From contig CAZPGQ010000001.1 of assembly GCA_964586695.1 (NCBI GenBank), positions 5,350-69,349 of the forward strand: DNA of 64,000 nucleotides, in the 5' to 3' direction. The notes beneath the pieces were generated by a model. That model saw only the letters and a list, made by a program, of their open reading frames with translations. It was not told the DNA's origin and ran no database searches. Positions within the stretch are counted from its first letter, which is position 1. Each line of letters opens with the position of its first letter. Shown here in pieces: positions 45,609 to 54,313 of the stretch. Source of the DNA: an uncultured Candidatus Saccharibacteria bacterium. GTDB lineage: Bacteria; Patescibacteriota; Minisyncoccia; Phycocordibacterales; DATDWN01. The translations under genes and the position numbers were made by a program.

Positions 45609-46421
45609 ATGAATGATTTTTTTGAACCAACACAAAAGAGACGTTTTATAAACTCAATTGTGATCGTAGTTATTCTTCTAGGAGCTTTTTTGGCCATAGA
45701 AACTTTGAACTCTATAAGAGAGAACTCTTATATAGGTAAGGGTGTTTATCCAACAAATGTTATAGCAATAAACGGAACTGGAGAAGTTTACGCTATCCCA
45801 GACACAGCTTCATTCTCTTTCTCTGTAGTAGAAGAGGGTAAAACTGTAAAGGATGCACAGGACAAGGCTACAAAAAAGATCAATGCAATTTTGGACGCAG
45901 TTAAGAAGTTTGATATAGAAGATAAAGATATAAAAACTACAGGATATAGTTCATATCCAAAATACGACTATACAAGTTCTGCTTGTGTAAATGGTTATTG
46001 TCCTCCAGGCAAGCAAGTTCTAACAGGTTATGAGGTTAGTCAATCAATAACTGTAAAGGTTAGGGATACAGCAAAGGCTGGTGATGTTCTAACAAAAGTT
46101 GGTGGACTTGGTGCTTCAAATATCTCTGGCTTAGACTTTGTAGTTGATGATATGGATTCAGTTAAGGATCAGGCAAGAGAAAAGGCTGTAGCTGACGCAA
46201 AGGCAAAGGCAAAAGTGCTTTCAAAGACTTTGGGTGTAAGACTAACAAAAGTTGTAAGTTTCTATGAGTCTGGTGATATGCCTATGCCAATGTATTATGC
46301 AAAAGCTGAATCTGCTATGGGTATGGGTGGGGATATGGTCTCTGCTCGACCAGCACCTTCTATTCCAACAGGAGAGAATAAGATAGTTTCTAATGTAACT
46401 ATTACATACGAAGTGGAGTAA
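45609..46421 (+). CDS. SIMPL/DUF541 (YggE-like) periplasmic protein
   Basis: N-terminal TM anchor, then the characteristic Ala/Lys-rich AKAKAKVLSKTLGVRL region and the GYEVSQSITVKVRD motif. Confidence 0.65.
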   Translation: MNDFFEPTQKRRFINSIVIVVILLGAFLAIETLNSIRENSYIGKGVYPTNVIAINGTGEVYAIPDTASFSFSVVEEGKTVKDAQDKATKKINAILDAVKKFDIEDKDIKTTGYSSYPKYDYTSSACVNGYCPPGKQVLTGYEVSQSITVKVRDTAKAGDVLTKVGGLGASNISGLDFVVDDMDSVKDQAREKAVADAKAKAKVLSKTLGVRLTKVVSFYESGDMPMPMYYAKAESAMGMGGDMVSARPAPSIPTGENKIVSNVTITYEVE

Positions 46422-46446
46422 AAACTTCCAAATCTAGCGAATTTCT
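46422..46446 (+). repeat. Partial copy C of the intergenic repeat (5' end only), starting after the stop codon
   Basis: AAACTTCCAAATCTAGCGAATTTCT matches the 5' terminus of copies A, B and D. It is followed by a terminator AACCCCCCGAGGGGTTTTTT at about 46487-46508. Confidence 0.35.
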
Positions 46447-46532
46447 CAGTTTGACTATTTTAGTATTCTAATATACTATATTAATTAACCCCCCGAGGGG
46501 TTTTTTAATAAAGAACCCTCTAATACAAAACT

Positions 46533-46712
46533 ATGAGTCTAATAACATATCTAAAAGATACACAAGGAGAGCTAAAGCATGTCAGTTGGCCATCTAGAAA
46601 TCAGGCTATTGGTTTTACTATTGTTGTAGCGGTTGTTTCAATTTTCGTTTCATTTTATCTAGGATTTTTTGACTATTTGTTGAAACTTGTTATTGGTAAG
46701 TTTGTAATTTAA
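46533..46712 (+). CDS. secE: Preprotein translocase subunit SecE (59 aa; not in the ORF track)
   Basis: MSLITYLKDTQGELKHVSWPSRNQAIGFTIVVAVVSIFVSFYLGFFDYLLKLVIGKFVI has the KxxxxELxKVxWP motif and a single TM helix. Canonical position upstream of nusG. Confidence 0.7.
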   Translation: MSLITYLKDTQGELKHVSWPSRNQAIGFTIVVAVVSIFVSFYLGFFDYLLKLVIGKFVI

Positions 46713-46720
46713 TAATCTCT

Positions 46721-47266
46721 ATGTCAAAACAACAACCACAAGCAGGAAGAAATTGGTATGTTATCCATACATACGCTGGATATGAAAACGCTGTGATGAG
46801 AAATCTAAAACAGCGAATAGAGTCTCTTGGAATGGAAGATAAGATTTTTAATGTAATAGTTCCAACAGAAAAGAAGATAAAAATAAAAGCTGGTAAAAGA
46901 GTAGAAGAAGAGGAGAAGATATATCCAGGTTACATTTTGGTGGATATGATCGTAACAGAAGATTCTTGGTTCGTAGTTAGAAATACTCCAAGAGTTACAG
47001 GTTTCGTTGGTTCAGGTGTTTATCCTGTACCTATCGATCCAAAGGAAGTAGAAGAGCTATTTGGAAGAATGAATGCTCATACAGCAAAACACAAGATAGA
47101 CCTTTCAGTAAATGACTCTATTGTTATTGTTGATGGCCCATTTAAGGACCTTGAGGGTAAGGTAAACGAGGTTGATGAGGAGAGGGGCAAGGTAAAGGTG
47201 CTTGTGGCAATGTTTGGTCGAGAGACACCGGTAGAACTAGACTTCCTTCAGGTGCGCAAGAGTTAG
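46721..47266 (+). CDS. nusG: Transcription termination/antitermination factor NusG
   Basis: WYVIHTYAGYENAV NGN domain and the C-terminal KOW (GPFKDLEGKVNEVDEERGKVKVLV). Confidence 0.9.
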   Translation: MSKQQPQAGRNWYVIHTYAGYENAVMRNLKQRIESLGMEDKIFNVIVPTEKKIKIKAGKRVEEEEKIYPGYILVDMIVTEDSWFVVRNTPRVTGFVGSGVYPVPIDPKEVEELFGRMNAHTAKHKIDLSVNDSIVIVDGPFKDLEGKVNEVDEERGKVKVLVAMFGRETPVELDFLQVRKS

Positions 47267-47383
47267 ACTTCCAAATTTGGCGAACTCCTTGTTGCCAAAT
47301 TGAAAATATTCGTCACCTTAGCACTAACTAAGGCTCCTCATATTTTCAATTTCTCACGTCGGATTTCATCCAAATTATGAAAG
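47267..47383 (+). repeat. Intergenic repeat element, copy D. It begins immediately after the nusG stop and occupies the leader in front of rplK.
   Basis: ACTTCCAAATTTGGCGAAC ... TTCGTCAC, then the hairpin CCTTAG-CACTAA-CTAAGG, then CTCATATTTT ... ACGTCGGATTTCATCCAAATTATGAAAG. Nearly colinear with copy B. Confidence 0.5.
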
Positions 47384-47446
47384 CCTCATGGTTGTGTGGT
47401 GGTTGCAAAAATAAGGGATTTATTATAGAGTACTAGAACTAAAAAC

Positions 47447-47869
47447 ATGGCAAAGAAAATAACAAAAAAGCTTAAATTGGTCATTCCTGCAGGAAAGGCT
47501 ACACCAGCACCTCCAACAGGTCCTGCTTTGGGTCAGGCTGGAGTTGCTATTGGTGAATTCGTAAAGCAATTCAACGATGCTACAGCAAAGATGATGGGAG
47601 ATATCGTGCCTGTAGAAATTACAGTTTACGAGGACAGAACTTTCACTTTTGTTCTAAAGACTCCTCCAGCTTCATCTCTTATTTTGAAAGCTCTTGGAAA
47701 AGAGAAAGGTTCTGGAAAGAACGCCGTTTCAAAGATTGGTTCAATAACAAAGGCTCAGTTAAAGGAAATCGCAGAGAAGAAAATGCCAGATCTAAATGCT
47801 AATGATATTGATGCCGCGATGAAAATCATTGCAGGATCTGCACGAAGCATGGGCGTAGACGTGAAATAA
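47447..47869 (+). CDS. rplK: 50S ribosomal protein L11
   Basis: [43 protein letters not shown] is near-invariant L11. Confidence 0.9.
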   Translation: MAKKITKKLKLVIPAGKATPAPPTGPALGQAGVAIGEFVKQFNDATAKMMGDIVPVEITVYEDRTFTFVLKTPPASSLILKALGKEKGSGKNAVSKIGSITKAQLKEIAEKKMPDLNANDIDAAMKIIAGSARSMGVDVK

Positions 47870-47895
47870 TTAATTTAACAACCTCTAATACAAAA

Positions 47896-47918
47896 AACCG
47901 GGAATTCCCGGTTTTTTG
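47896..47918. terminator. Bidirectional terminator between rplK and the convergent dcd gene
   Basis: AACCGGGAATTCCCGGTT hairpin flanked by A-run and T-run. Confidence 0.65.
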
Positions 47919-47920
47919 TT

Positions 47921-48598
47921 TTATTGTTTTTTAATATCTCTATCCATGTAAAGCTTCGGCAACATACTTTTCGGATTCCATTCTTTCGCTAACTTTTTAA
48001 GATCTGTTGTTGTTTGGTACTTTCCTGAGTGAGCGTAGTTTTTATCTAGAATCTCTCCAGTTTCAAAGAATATTATTTGGGCAATTCTTCGTCCAACAAC
48101 TAGGGGTATAGCGTAGTGTTGAGAGTTGTTGGTTATCTCCATCGTCCATCTGTTTATGTATCCAACATCACCCCAACCTGCACATTTACAAACCTCAATA
48201 AAGTTCCTTCCCATAGAAGATCTAGCTTTCATCATTGTTGTTATATGTTTTTGCCCGCCAATAAACTCGTTTGTGTGGGCTAGTATAGTCTCTCCTGGGT
48301 TAAGTAATATAACTTTATCGTCAGGACTTATTCCATCCCAGTTAAAGTTATACTTTTTAAATACTTCTGAGGCCTTCTCTGCTTTTTCTGGTTTTGTACC
48401 CCATACGTAGTCTGTATGAGATTTGCTCCAAATGTTGTAGATATTGTGGTGGTGTTTTGAATTATGTTGCTCTCTAAAATAAAACTCTCCCAAAGTTACA
48501 TCATAACTAGACGTTGCTAGGTTTTCTTTTTTAAATGGATTTATAACTATATCACCGACTTTCATTGCTTCAGTAATTTTTTTATCAGATAGTGCCAT
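47921..48598 (-). CDS. dcd: dCTP deaminase family protein (with about a 50-aa internal insertion)
   Basis: Aligns by eye to E. coli Dcd. [22 protein letters not shown] matches [37 protein letters not shown]...[11 protein letters not shown] matches LHPGELALAVTLE...[27 protein letters not shown] matches HRIDPGWSGCIVLEFYN. Start set at the internal Met. Confidence 0.8.
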   Translation of the reverse strand: [225 protein letters not shown]

Positions 48599-48602
48599 AT
48601 TT

Positions 48603-49928
48603 TTATTTGTTATTTTCTTCTTTTTTAGTAATTGTTTGGGTTCCTCGCTTTGATGACCATTCATCTGGTGAGTAGTCACAATACATCTTCATCTTTGGAA
48701 ATAGTTTTTGAATAGACTTTCCCATTTCCTGAGCTATAACACGGAGGGTGGGGTGTACTGTTTGTCCTGATCTTAGTTCTGCTATATACGTTGCAGCCGG
48801 TAGATCAAAGGTACATGAGCAAGCTACGTTAAAGCCCATTGCGGTGTAGTACTGTCTGGTTTTCTCATCACATTTCAAAGAATTTATTTTTTTTGTTTGT
48901 TTTTTAATTACACTTTGGACTTCTGCTCGATATTTTTTCGGTATTTGTTCTATATACCATTTTTGGAATCCGTATTTTGTTGTGAGTGGTGGCATTAGGA
49001 TGATTCCACTTCTGTGTCTCTGCAGGTCTCTGAAAGATCCAAAATCCAACAAAAACTGGAATGTAAAAGTCCCAAACTTTTTTAGAAATGAAGGTAGTTC
49101 TGTTTTTATCGGCCTACCGGCTAAAAGATCTTTGTATTTATTTATAGCTTTTGAATTTATAGTATTTGTAACAGAAAAAGTTTTTTTGAGTTTTGATTCG
49201 GGCTCTAGATACACGTATTCATCCATGTAGGCTTTTATATACCTTTCTGTATCCGGGTATATTTTGTCGAAACCAGATGATGGATATTTTTTGTTTAGTT
49301 CAGTTGCCATTTCTTCCGCCGTATCTCTGACCTCATCTAGAGGGTGGTTGCGGAGTTCTTGTAGATGGTCTGCTGCTTGTCTTAAGTTTGTGTGCCATCC
49401 AACATATGTTGTGGCTCCTGCGGGTAGAAGTGAGCGAGCTATATCAAACGCTTTTGCGTATATTGCTCGTTCATATACTTTTGGGTTTTCGTCTTCACGC
49501 ATTGGAAACTTTTCCTTTAGGTATGGAGGAAGAACGGTGAGCATTTTGTCGTAAACTTTCATCCATGTATTTTGGATTTCCTCACCGACATGACTCTTGA
49601 GGGGATTCAAGATGAGAGGGTTGATAATTTCCTGTTTGCTCATGTCTATATATCTCGTACTCGCTTCCTGGCCGTTGTATAGCGCCCATTGTTGAATGGC
49701 TTTCGCACACAACATACTAACGTTTTCTGCACATATGGTCGTTGTTCCACAGTCACCAATACTTCTGTGACCATATCCAACATAGTACTGCGCCATAAAC
49801 TTTTCTGGTCCAACTCGTTTAACTGTTTCGAGGTGTGCATCAAAGCTTTGTGGATCTCTGGAATACATCGCCAGGGCCATGGCATTTGCCTCGGGTGGTA
49901 ATTCGTGGCTTACAATTATTTTTCTCAT
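48603..49928 (-). CDS. thyX: ThyX-family (flavin-dependent thymidylate synthase) protein, atypical 441-aa two-part form
   Basis: The C-terminal half has the RHR motif (LQRHRSG) and the late ThyX motif ELRSGQTVHPTLRVIAQEM, which matches NLRADSHAQWEIQQYALAI. The N-terminal ~100 aa resemble the ThyX HxS...QW...SxRY region but lack RHR. Neighbours are dcd, tmk and glyA. Confidence 0.6.
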   Translation of the reverse strand: MRKIIVSHELPPEANAMALAMYSRDPQSFDAHLETVKRVGPEKFMAQYYVGYGHRSIGDCGTTTICAENVSMLCAKAIQQWALYNGQEASTRYIDMSKQEIINPLILNPLKSHVGEEIQNTWMKVYDKMLTVLPPYLKEKFPMREDENPKVYERAIYAKAFDIARSLLPAGATTYVGWHTNLRQAADHLQELRNHPLDEVRDTAEEMATELNKKYPSSGFDKIYPDTERYIKAYMDEYVYLEPESKLKKTFSVTNTINSKAINKYKDLLAGRPIKTELPSFLKKFGTFTFQFLLDFGSFRDLQRHRSGIILMPPLTTKYGFQKWYIEQIPKKYRAEVQSVIKKQTKKINSLKCDEKTRQYYTAMGFNVACSCTFDLPAATYIAELRSGQTVHPTLRVIAQEMGKSIQKLFPKMKMYCDYSPDEWSSKRGTQTITKKEENNK

Positions 49929-49954
49929 AATTTGTATTATACTATTTACTACGT

Positions 49955-50644
49955 ATGCAGAAAGGAAAACTTATTGTTATAGATGGAATTGACGGCTCTG
50001 GCAAGGCTACACAGGTAAAAATCCTTAAACAAAGGCTTTTAAAAGAGGGTTTTAAAGTAAAAACTATAGATTTCCCAAGATATGAAAATAACTTTTTCGG
50101 ATCTTTGATAGGTGAATATTTATCTGGTTTGCACGGAGATTTTATTGCAATGGATTCAAAGATAGCTTCCATTTTATATGCAGCAGATAGATTTGAATCC
50201 AGTAAGCAAATTAAAAAGTGGCTCGGTGAAGGTTGCGTTGTTCTGGCTGACCGATACGCAACGGCCAACCAGATTCATCAAGGGGGAAAGATCGATGATT
50301 TGAAAAAGAGAAAAGAATTTTTAGCATGGCTATATAAAATGGAATATGGTGTTTTTGGTATCCCAAAACCTGACTTAGTAATTTATTTAGATGTACCTTT
50401 TGAGGTTAGTAAAATGTGGTTACAGAAAAAAGTTACTCAAAGAAAGAAAATCTATTTAAACGGAAGAAAAGATGTTGCGGAGGATAACCTATTGCATTTA
50501 AAGAACTCGAGAAACAGTGCACTGCTTTTGGCAAAAGAAAACAAAAACTGGGTAAAAGTTGAGTGTTGTAGAGGAAATGTTTGTATGAGTTTGGAGCAGG
50601 TTGGGGAGGAGGTGTATAAGATAGTTAAGAAGAAAATAAAATAA
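49955..50644 (+). CDS. tmk: Thymidylate kinase
   Basis: KLIVIDGIDGSGKATQ P-loop. DRY motif region (LADRYATAN). Confidence 0.85.
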   Translation: MQKGKLIVIDGIDGSGKATQVKILKQRLLKEGFKVKTIDFPRYENNFFGSLIGEYLSGLHGDFIAMDSKIASILYAADRFESSKQIKKWLGEGCVVLADRYATANQIHQGGKIDDLKKRKEFLAWLYKMEYGVFGIPKPDLVIYLDVPFEVSKMWLQKKVTQRKKIYLNGRKDVAEDNLLHLKNSRNSALLLAKENKNWVKVECCRGNVCMSLEQVGEEVYKIVKKKIK

Positions 50645-50703
50645 CATGATCTAGTGAAAACGAAAAAATAATATTTTATTATTCAGATTATTTTTATATT
50701 TAC

Positions 50704-51879
50704 ATGAAAGATACACAAATAAAAAAACTTATAGAAGGGGAAAAGAAAAGACAAAAAAGTGTTATTAATCTTATTGCGTCAGAAAACTATGTTTCAAAAG
50801 ATGTTCTCGAGGCATTAGGGTCAGAGCTGACAAACAAATATGCAGAAGGGTATTCTCACAAGAGATACTATGGTGGGCAGACTTTTGTCGATAAGATAGA
50901 AGATTTGACTGTTGAAAGAGCACTTAAACTTTTTGGATTGCCTGCGTCAAAATGGGCAGTGAATGTTCAGGCGCTTTCTGGGTCTCCAGCAAATCTAGCT
51001 GTGTACCTGGCAAATGTTCCTTTGGGAGGAAAAATTATGGGTATGAGTTTGGATCACGGAGGACATCTTACACACGGTCACAAAGTTTCTATGACTGGAA
51101 AAGCGTGGGCGCAGGTTCCGTATGGAGTTCGTTCTGATACAGAAGTAATTGACTACGATGAATTAAAAAAACTAGCCGAAAAAGAAAAACCAAATATTAT
51201 TGTTGCAGGCTTCACAGCCTATCCTCGAAGAGTGGATTTTAAAAAGTTTAGAGAAATAGCAGATAGTTGTGGAGCAATACTTATGGTGGATATGTCACAC
51301 TTTGCTGGACTTGTGGCTGGTAAAGAATACCCATCACCATTTCAATATGCAGACGTCGTTACTACTACAGTTCACAAGACTCTCCGTGGCCCAAGGTCTG
51401 CACTTATATTTTCAAAGATAGATGAAAGAGAATTGTATAAAAAAATAGATCGTGCTGTTTTTCCTGGACTTCAAGGTGGTCCTCACGTAAATCAGATTGC
51501 GGCTGTAGCTGTGGCTCTGAAAGAGGCAAATACTCCTGCGTTTAAAAAATATGCAAAGCAGGTAGTAAAAAATGCGGACGTACTTGCCAAAGAACTTACA
51601 AAACTTGGTTGGAGAATAGTTTCTGGGGGAACAGACACACATTTAGTGCTAGTCGATACATGGATGGATGGGAAGGGAATAAGTGGCGCAGAAGCAAGTG
51701 ATAAGCTAGAAAAAAATGGAATCATTGTAAATAAAAATACAATACCTGGCGAAAAAAGATCTCCTATGGATCCGTCAGGTATTCGTCTTGGTTCTGCTGC
51801 AGAAACAACTCGTGGTAAAAAAGAAAAAGATTTTGTGAATATTGCGAAGAAGATAGATAAGATATTAAAGAAAAAATAA
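50704..51879 (+). CDS. glyA: Serine hydroxymethyltransferase (short form)
   Basis: NLIASENYVSKDVLEALGSELTNKYAEGY..RYYGG, and the PLP-lysine region TTTVHKTLRGPR. Confidence 0.9.
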   Translation: MKDTQIKKLIEGEKKRQKSVINLIASENYVSKDVLEALGSELTNKYAEGYSHKRYYGGQTFVDKIEDLTVERALKLFGLPASKWAVNVQALSGSPANLAVYLANVPLGGKIMGMSLDHGGHLTHGHKVSMTGKAWAQVPYGVRSDTEVIDYDELKKLAEKEKPNIIVAGFTAYPRRVDFKKFREIADSCGAILMVDMSHFAGLVAGKEYPSPFQYADVVTTTVHKTLRGPRSALIFSKIDERELYKKIDRAVFPGLQGGPHVNQIAAVAVALKEANTPAFKKYAKQVVKNADVLAKELTKLGWRIVSGGTDTHLVLVDTWMDGKGISGAEASDKLEKNGIIVNKNTIPGEKRSPMDPSGIRLGSAAETTRGKKEKDFVNIAKKIDKILKKK

Positions 51880-51880
51880 G

Positions 51881-52300
51881 ATGAAAATATATTTTTCAGG
51901 TTCAATACGTGGGAGTAAAGAGCATACAGAAATTTATTCTGATTTTATACATGAGCTTCACAAGTACGGCGTAGTTTTAACTGAACATGTTGGATTTAAA
52001 AATTTAAGTGTAATAGGGGAGGTAAATATGCCTGTAGCAGAAATATATAAAAGAGATATGGACTGGCTTGTGGAATCTGATATTGTAGTAGCTGAAGTTT
52101 CATCCATGAGTCTTGGAGTTGGATATGAAATTGGTCAGGCAGAAGCTTTGAAAAAGCCAGTATACTGTTTTTGTCATTCAACGATCCGGGATAACCTTTC
52201 GGCTATGATATCGGGTAATCCTAATGTAAAATTGTATAGATACACTACAATAGAGGGTATAAGGGAAATTTTAGAAAAAGAATTTGGTAAGGATAAATAA
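51881..52300 (+). CDS. 2'-deoxynucleoside 5'-phosphate N-hydrolase (DNPH1/Rcl) / nucleoside 2-deoxyribosyltransferase family
   Basis: MKIYFSGSIRGSKEHTEIYSDFIHELHKYGVVLTEHV closely parallels DNPH1 (YFCGSIRGGREDRTLY...FGTVLTEHV). Confidence 0.7.
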   Translation: MKIYFSGSIRGSKEHTEIYSDFIHELHKYGVVLTEHVGFKNLSVIGEVNMPVAEIYKRDMDWLVESDIVVAEVSSMSLGVGYEIGQAEALKKPVYCFCHSTIRDNLSAMISGNPNVKLYRYTTIEGIREILEKEFGKDK

Positions 52301-52301
52301 T

Positions 52302-52634
52302 ATGGATCTTAATGAATTTCAAAAAAAAGCTATAGAGACTGCGATGTACCCTGAAAAGCACAAGATAATTTATCCTGCACTGGGCTTGGGGGATGAATCT
52401 GGCGAGGTGCTTGGAAAGATAAGAAAGTGGCTAAGAGAAGACGATGGTAGTGCAGAAATGACTCATGAAAGAAAAGAATCAATAAAAGGAGAGCTCGGAG
52501 ACGTTATGTGGTTTGTGTCTAATTTAGCAAATGATCTGGGATTTGCTCTGGAGGATGTAGCAAAATTTAATATAGAAAAGTTGCAGTCTAGAAAAGAAAG
52601 AGGAGTCATAAAGGGTGATGGTGATAATAGATAA
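52302..52634 (+). CDS. MazG-like nucleotide pyrophosphohydrolase (small all-alpha NTP-PPase)
   Basis: LNEFQKKAIETA...LGLGDESGEV...ELGDVMWFVSNLA is the EExxE/D metal-binding helix pattern of MazG/HisE-type NTP-PPases. Confidence 0.7.
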   Translation: MDLNEFQKKAIETAMYPEKHKIIYPALGLGDESGEVLGKIRKWLREDDGSAEMTHERKESIKGELGDVMWFVSNLANDLGFALEDVAKFNIEKLQSRKERGVIKGDGDNR

Positions 52635-52635
52635 A

Positions 52636-54294
52636 ATGAAAGAAGAAATAATAAAACACATTGAAGATATTCTAAAAGAAAAAGGAGTTGAAAATCCTAA
52701 GGTTAATTTCACACCTTCTATATATCTAGATAAAGGAGACTACTCAACAAACGTTGCTATGGTGCACGCTAAGGAACTAAGTATGAAGCCTTTTGATTTG
52801 GCAGAAGAAATTAAAAATAAAATAAATAGTGATGGTGTTAAAGTTGAGGTTGCTCAACCTGGATTTATAAACTTCTTTTTTGATAAAAAATATTTTGGAG
52901 AAAATGTTTCGAAAATAATAGAGCAGGGTGGAGAGTTCGGAAAGAATGAAAGCTTGAAAGGACAGAAGACTATTATTGAGTACACTGACCCGAACCCTTT
53001 TAAGGAGTTCCATATTGGACACCTTATGCCTAATGTCACAGGAGAATCAATAGCTAGAATTTTGGATGCAAATGGAGCAGAAGTTAAGCGAGCAAACTAC
53101 CAAGGTGATGTGGGTCTCCATGTTGCAAAAGCTGTATGGGCTATCAAAAACCACAATAAACCTTTACTCGAAGCATATGCATTTGGTCACAAAGCATATG
53201 ACGAAGATGAAAAAGCTAAGCAAGAAATCATATATATAAATAAAAAAATCTACGACAAAAGTGATACGGAAATAAATGATATATACGAAGATGGAAGAAA
53301 GAAGTCACTTCTATATTTTGAAGTAATGTATGAAAAGCTGGGAACAAAGTTTGATTACTATTTTTTTGAAAGCGAAGTTGCAGAGTTTGGAAAAGAAACT
53401 GTCGAAAAAAATATTGGAAGTGTTTTTGAAAAAAGCGATGGAGCCGTTGTGTTTAAGGGAGAGAACTATGATAAAAAACTTCACACACGAGTTTTTGTGA
53501 ACAATGAGGGTTTGCCAACATACGAAGCAAAGGAACTTGGACTTTCCAAAATAAAGTTTGATACATACCCGTATGATAAATCGATAATAATCACTGGCAA
53601 TGAAATCAATGAATACTTCAAGGTTTTATTCAAGTCAATGTCATTTGTTTTTCCCGAGCTTGCTTCAAAAACACAACATGTCTCACATGGTATGCTCCGT
53701 TTACCAGAAGGTAAAATGTCATCTAGAACCGGAAACATTATTTCTGCCGAGTCTCTAATTGATCAAGTAAAAGAAAAAGTTTTAGAAAAAATGAAAGACG
53801 CAGAACTTAGCCAGGAAGAAAAGAACGAAACAGTTTACTCTGTTTCAACCGGTGCAATAAAATATTCAATCCTTCATCAAGCTATAGGTGGTGATATTGT
53901 TTTTGATTTTGATAAATCAATTTCATTTGAAGGTGACTCTGGCCCATATTTGCAATACTCTGCAGTACGAGCACATTCAATTTTGAAAAAAGCAGAGGGT
54001 GTAGTAAGTGTTTCAAAAAATATTCCTGAAAATTGGGAAACAACAAATATTGAAAGGTTGCTCGAAAGATTCCCAGATATTGTTGCTCGAGCAGGAAGTG
54101 AGTACGCTCCACACTACATTGCAACATATCTAATAGAACTAGCAGGGGAGTTCAACTCTTTTTACGCTCACCACAAAATAATTGACGAAGCTGATGTATC
54201 TTCTTCGTACAGGTTGGCTGTGACCCAAGCTTTCTACCAGGTAATGATTTCTGGTTTAAATTTGTTGGGGATTAAGGTGCCTGAAAAGATGTAG
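52636..54294 (+). CDS. argS: Arginyl-tRNA synthetase
   Basis: Class I HIGH motif (FKEFHIGHLMPNVTGE). KMSSRTG (the ArgS KMSK-variant). C-terminal DALR anticodon-binding domain. Start set at the Met after the mazG-like stop. Confidence 0.85.
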   Translation: MKEEIIKHIEDILKEKGVENPKVNFTPSIYLDKGDYSTNVAMVHAKELSMKPFDLAEEIKNKINSDGVKVEVAQPGFINFFFDKKYFGENVSKIIEQGGEFGKNESLKGQKTIIEYTDPNPFKEFHIGHLMPNVTGESIARILDANGAEVKRANYQGDVGLHVAKAVWAIKNHNKPLLEAYAFGHKAYDEDEKAKQEIIYINKKIYDKSDTEINDIYEDGRKKSLLYFEVMYEKLGTKFDYYFFESEVAEFGKETVEKNIGSVFEKSDGAVVFKGENYDKKLHTRVFVNNEGLPTYEAKELGLSKIKFDTYPYDKSIIITGNEINEYFKVLFKSMSFVFPELASKTQHVSHGMLRLPEGKMSSRTGNIISAESLIDQVKEKVLEKMKDAELSQEEKNETVYSVSTGAIKYSILHQAIGGDIVFDFDKSISFEGDSGPYLQYSAVRAHSILKKAEGVVSVSKNIPENWETTNIERLLERFPDIVARAGSEYAPHYIATYLIELAGEFNSFYAHHKIIDEADVSSSYRLAVTQAFYQVMISGLNLLGIKVPEKM

Positions 54295-54313
54295 ATTTTG
54301 ATATAGTTAATGA

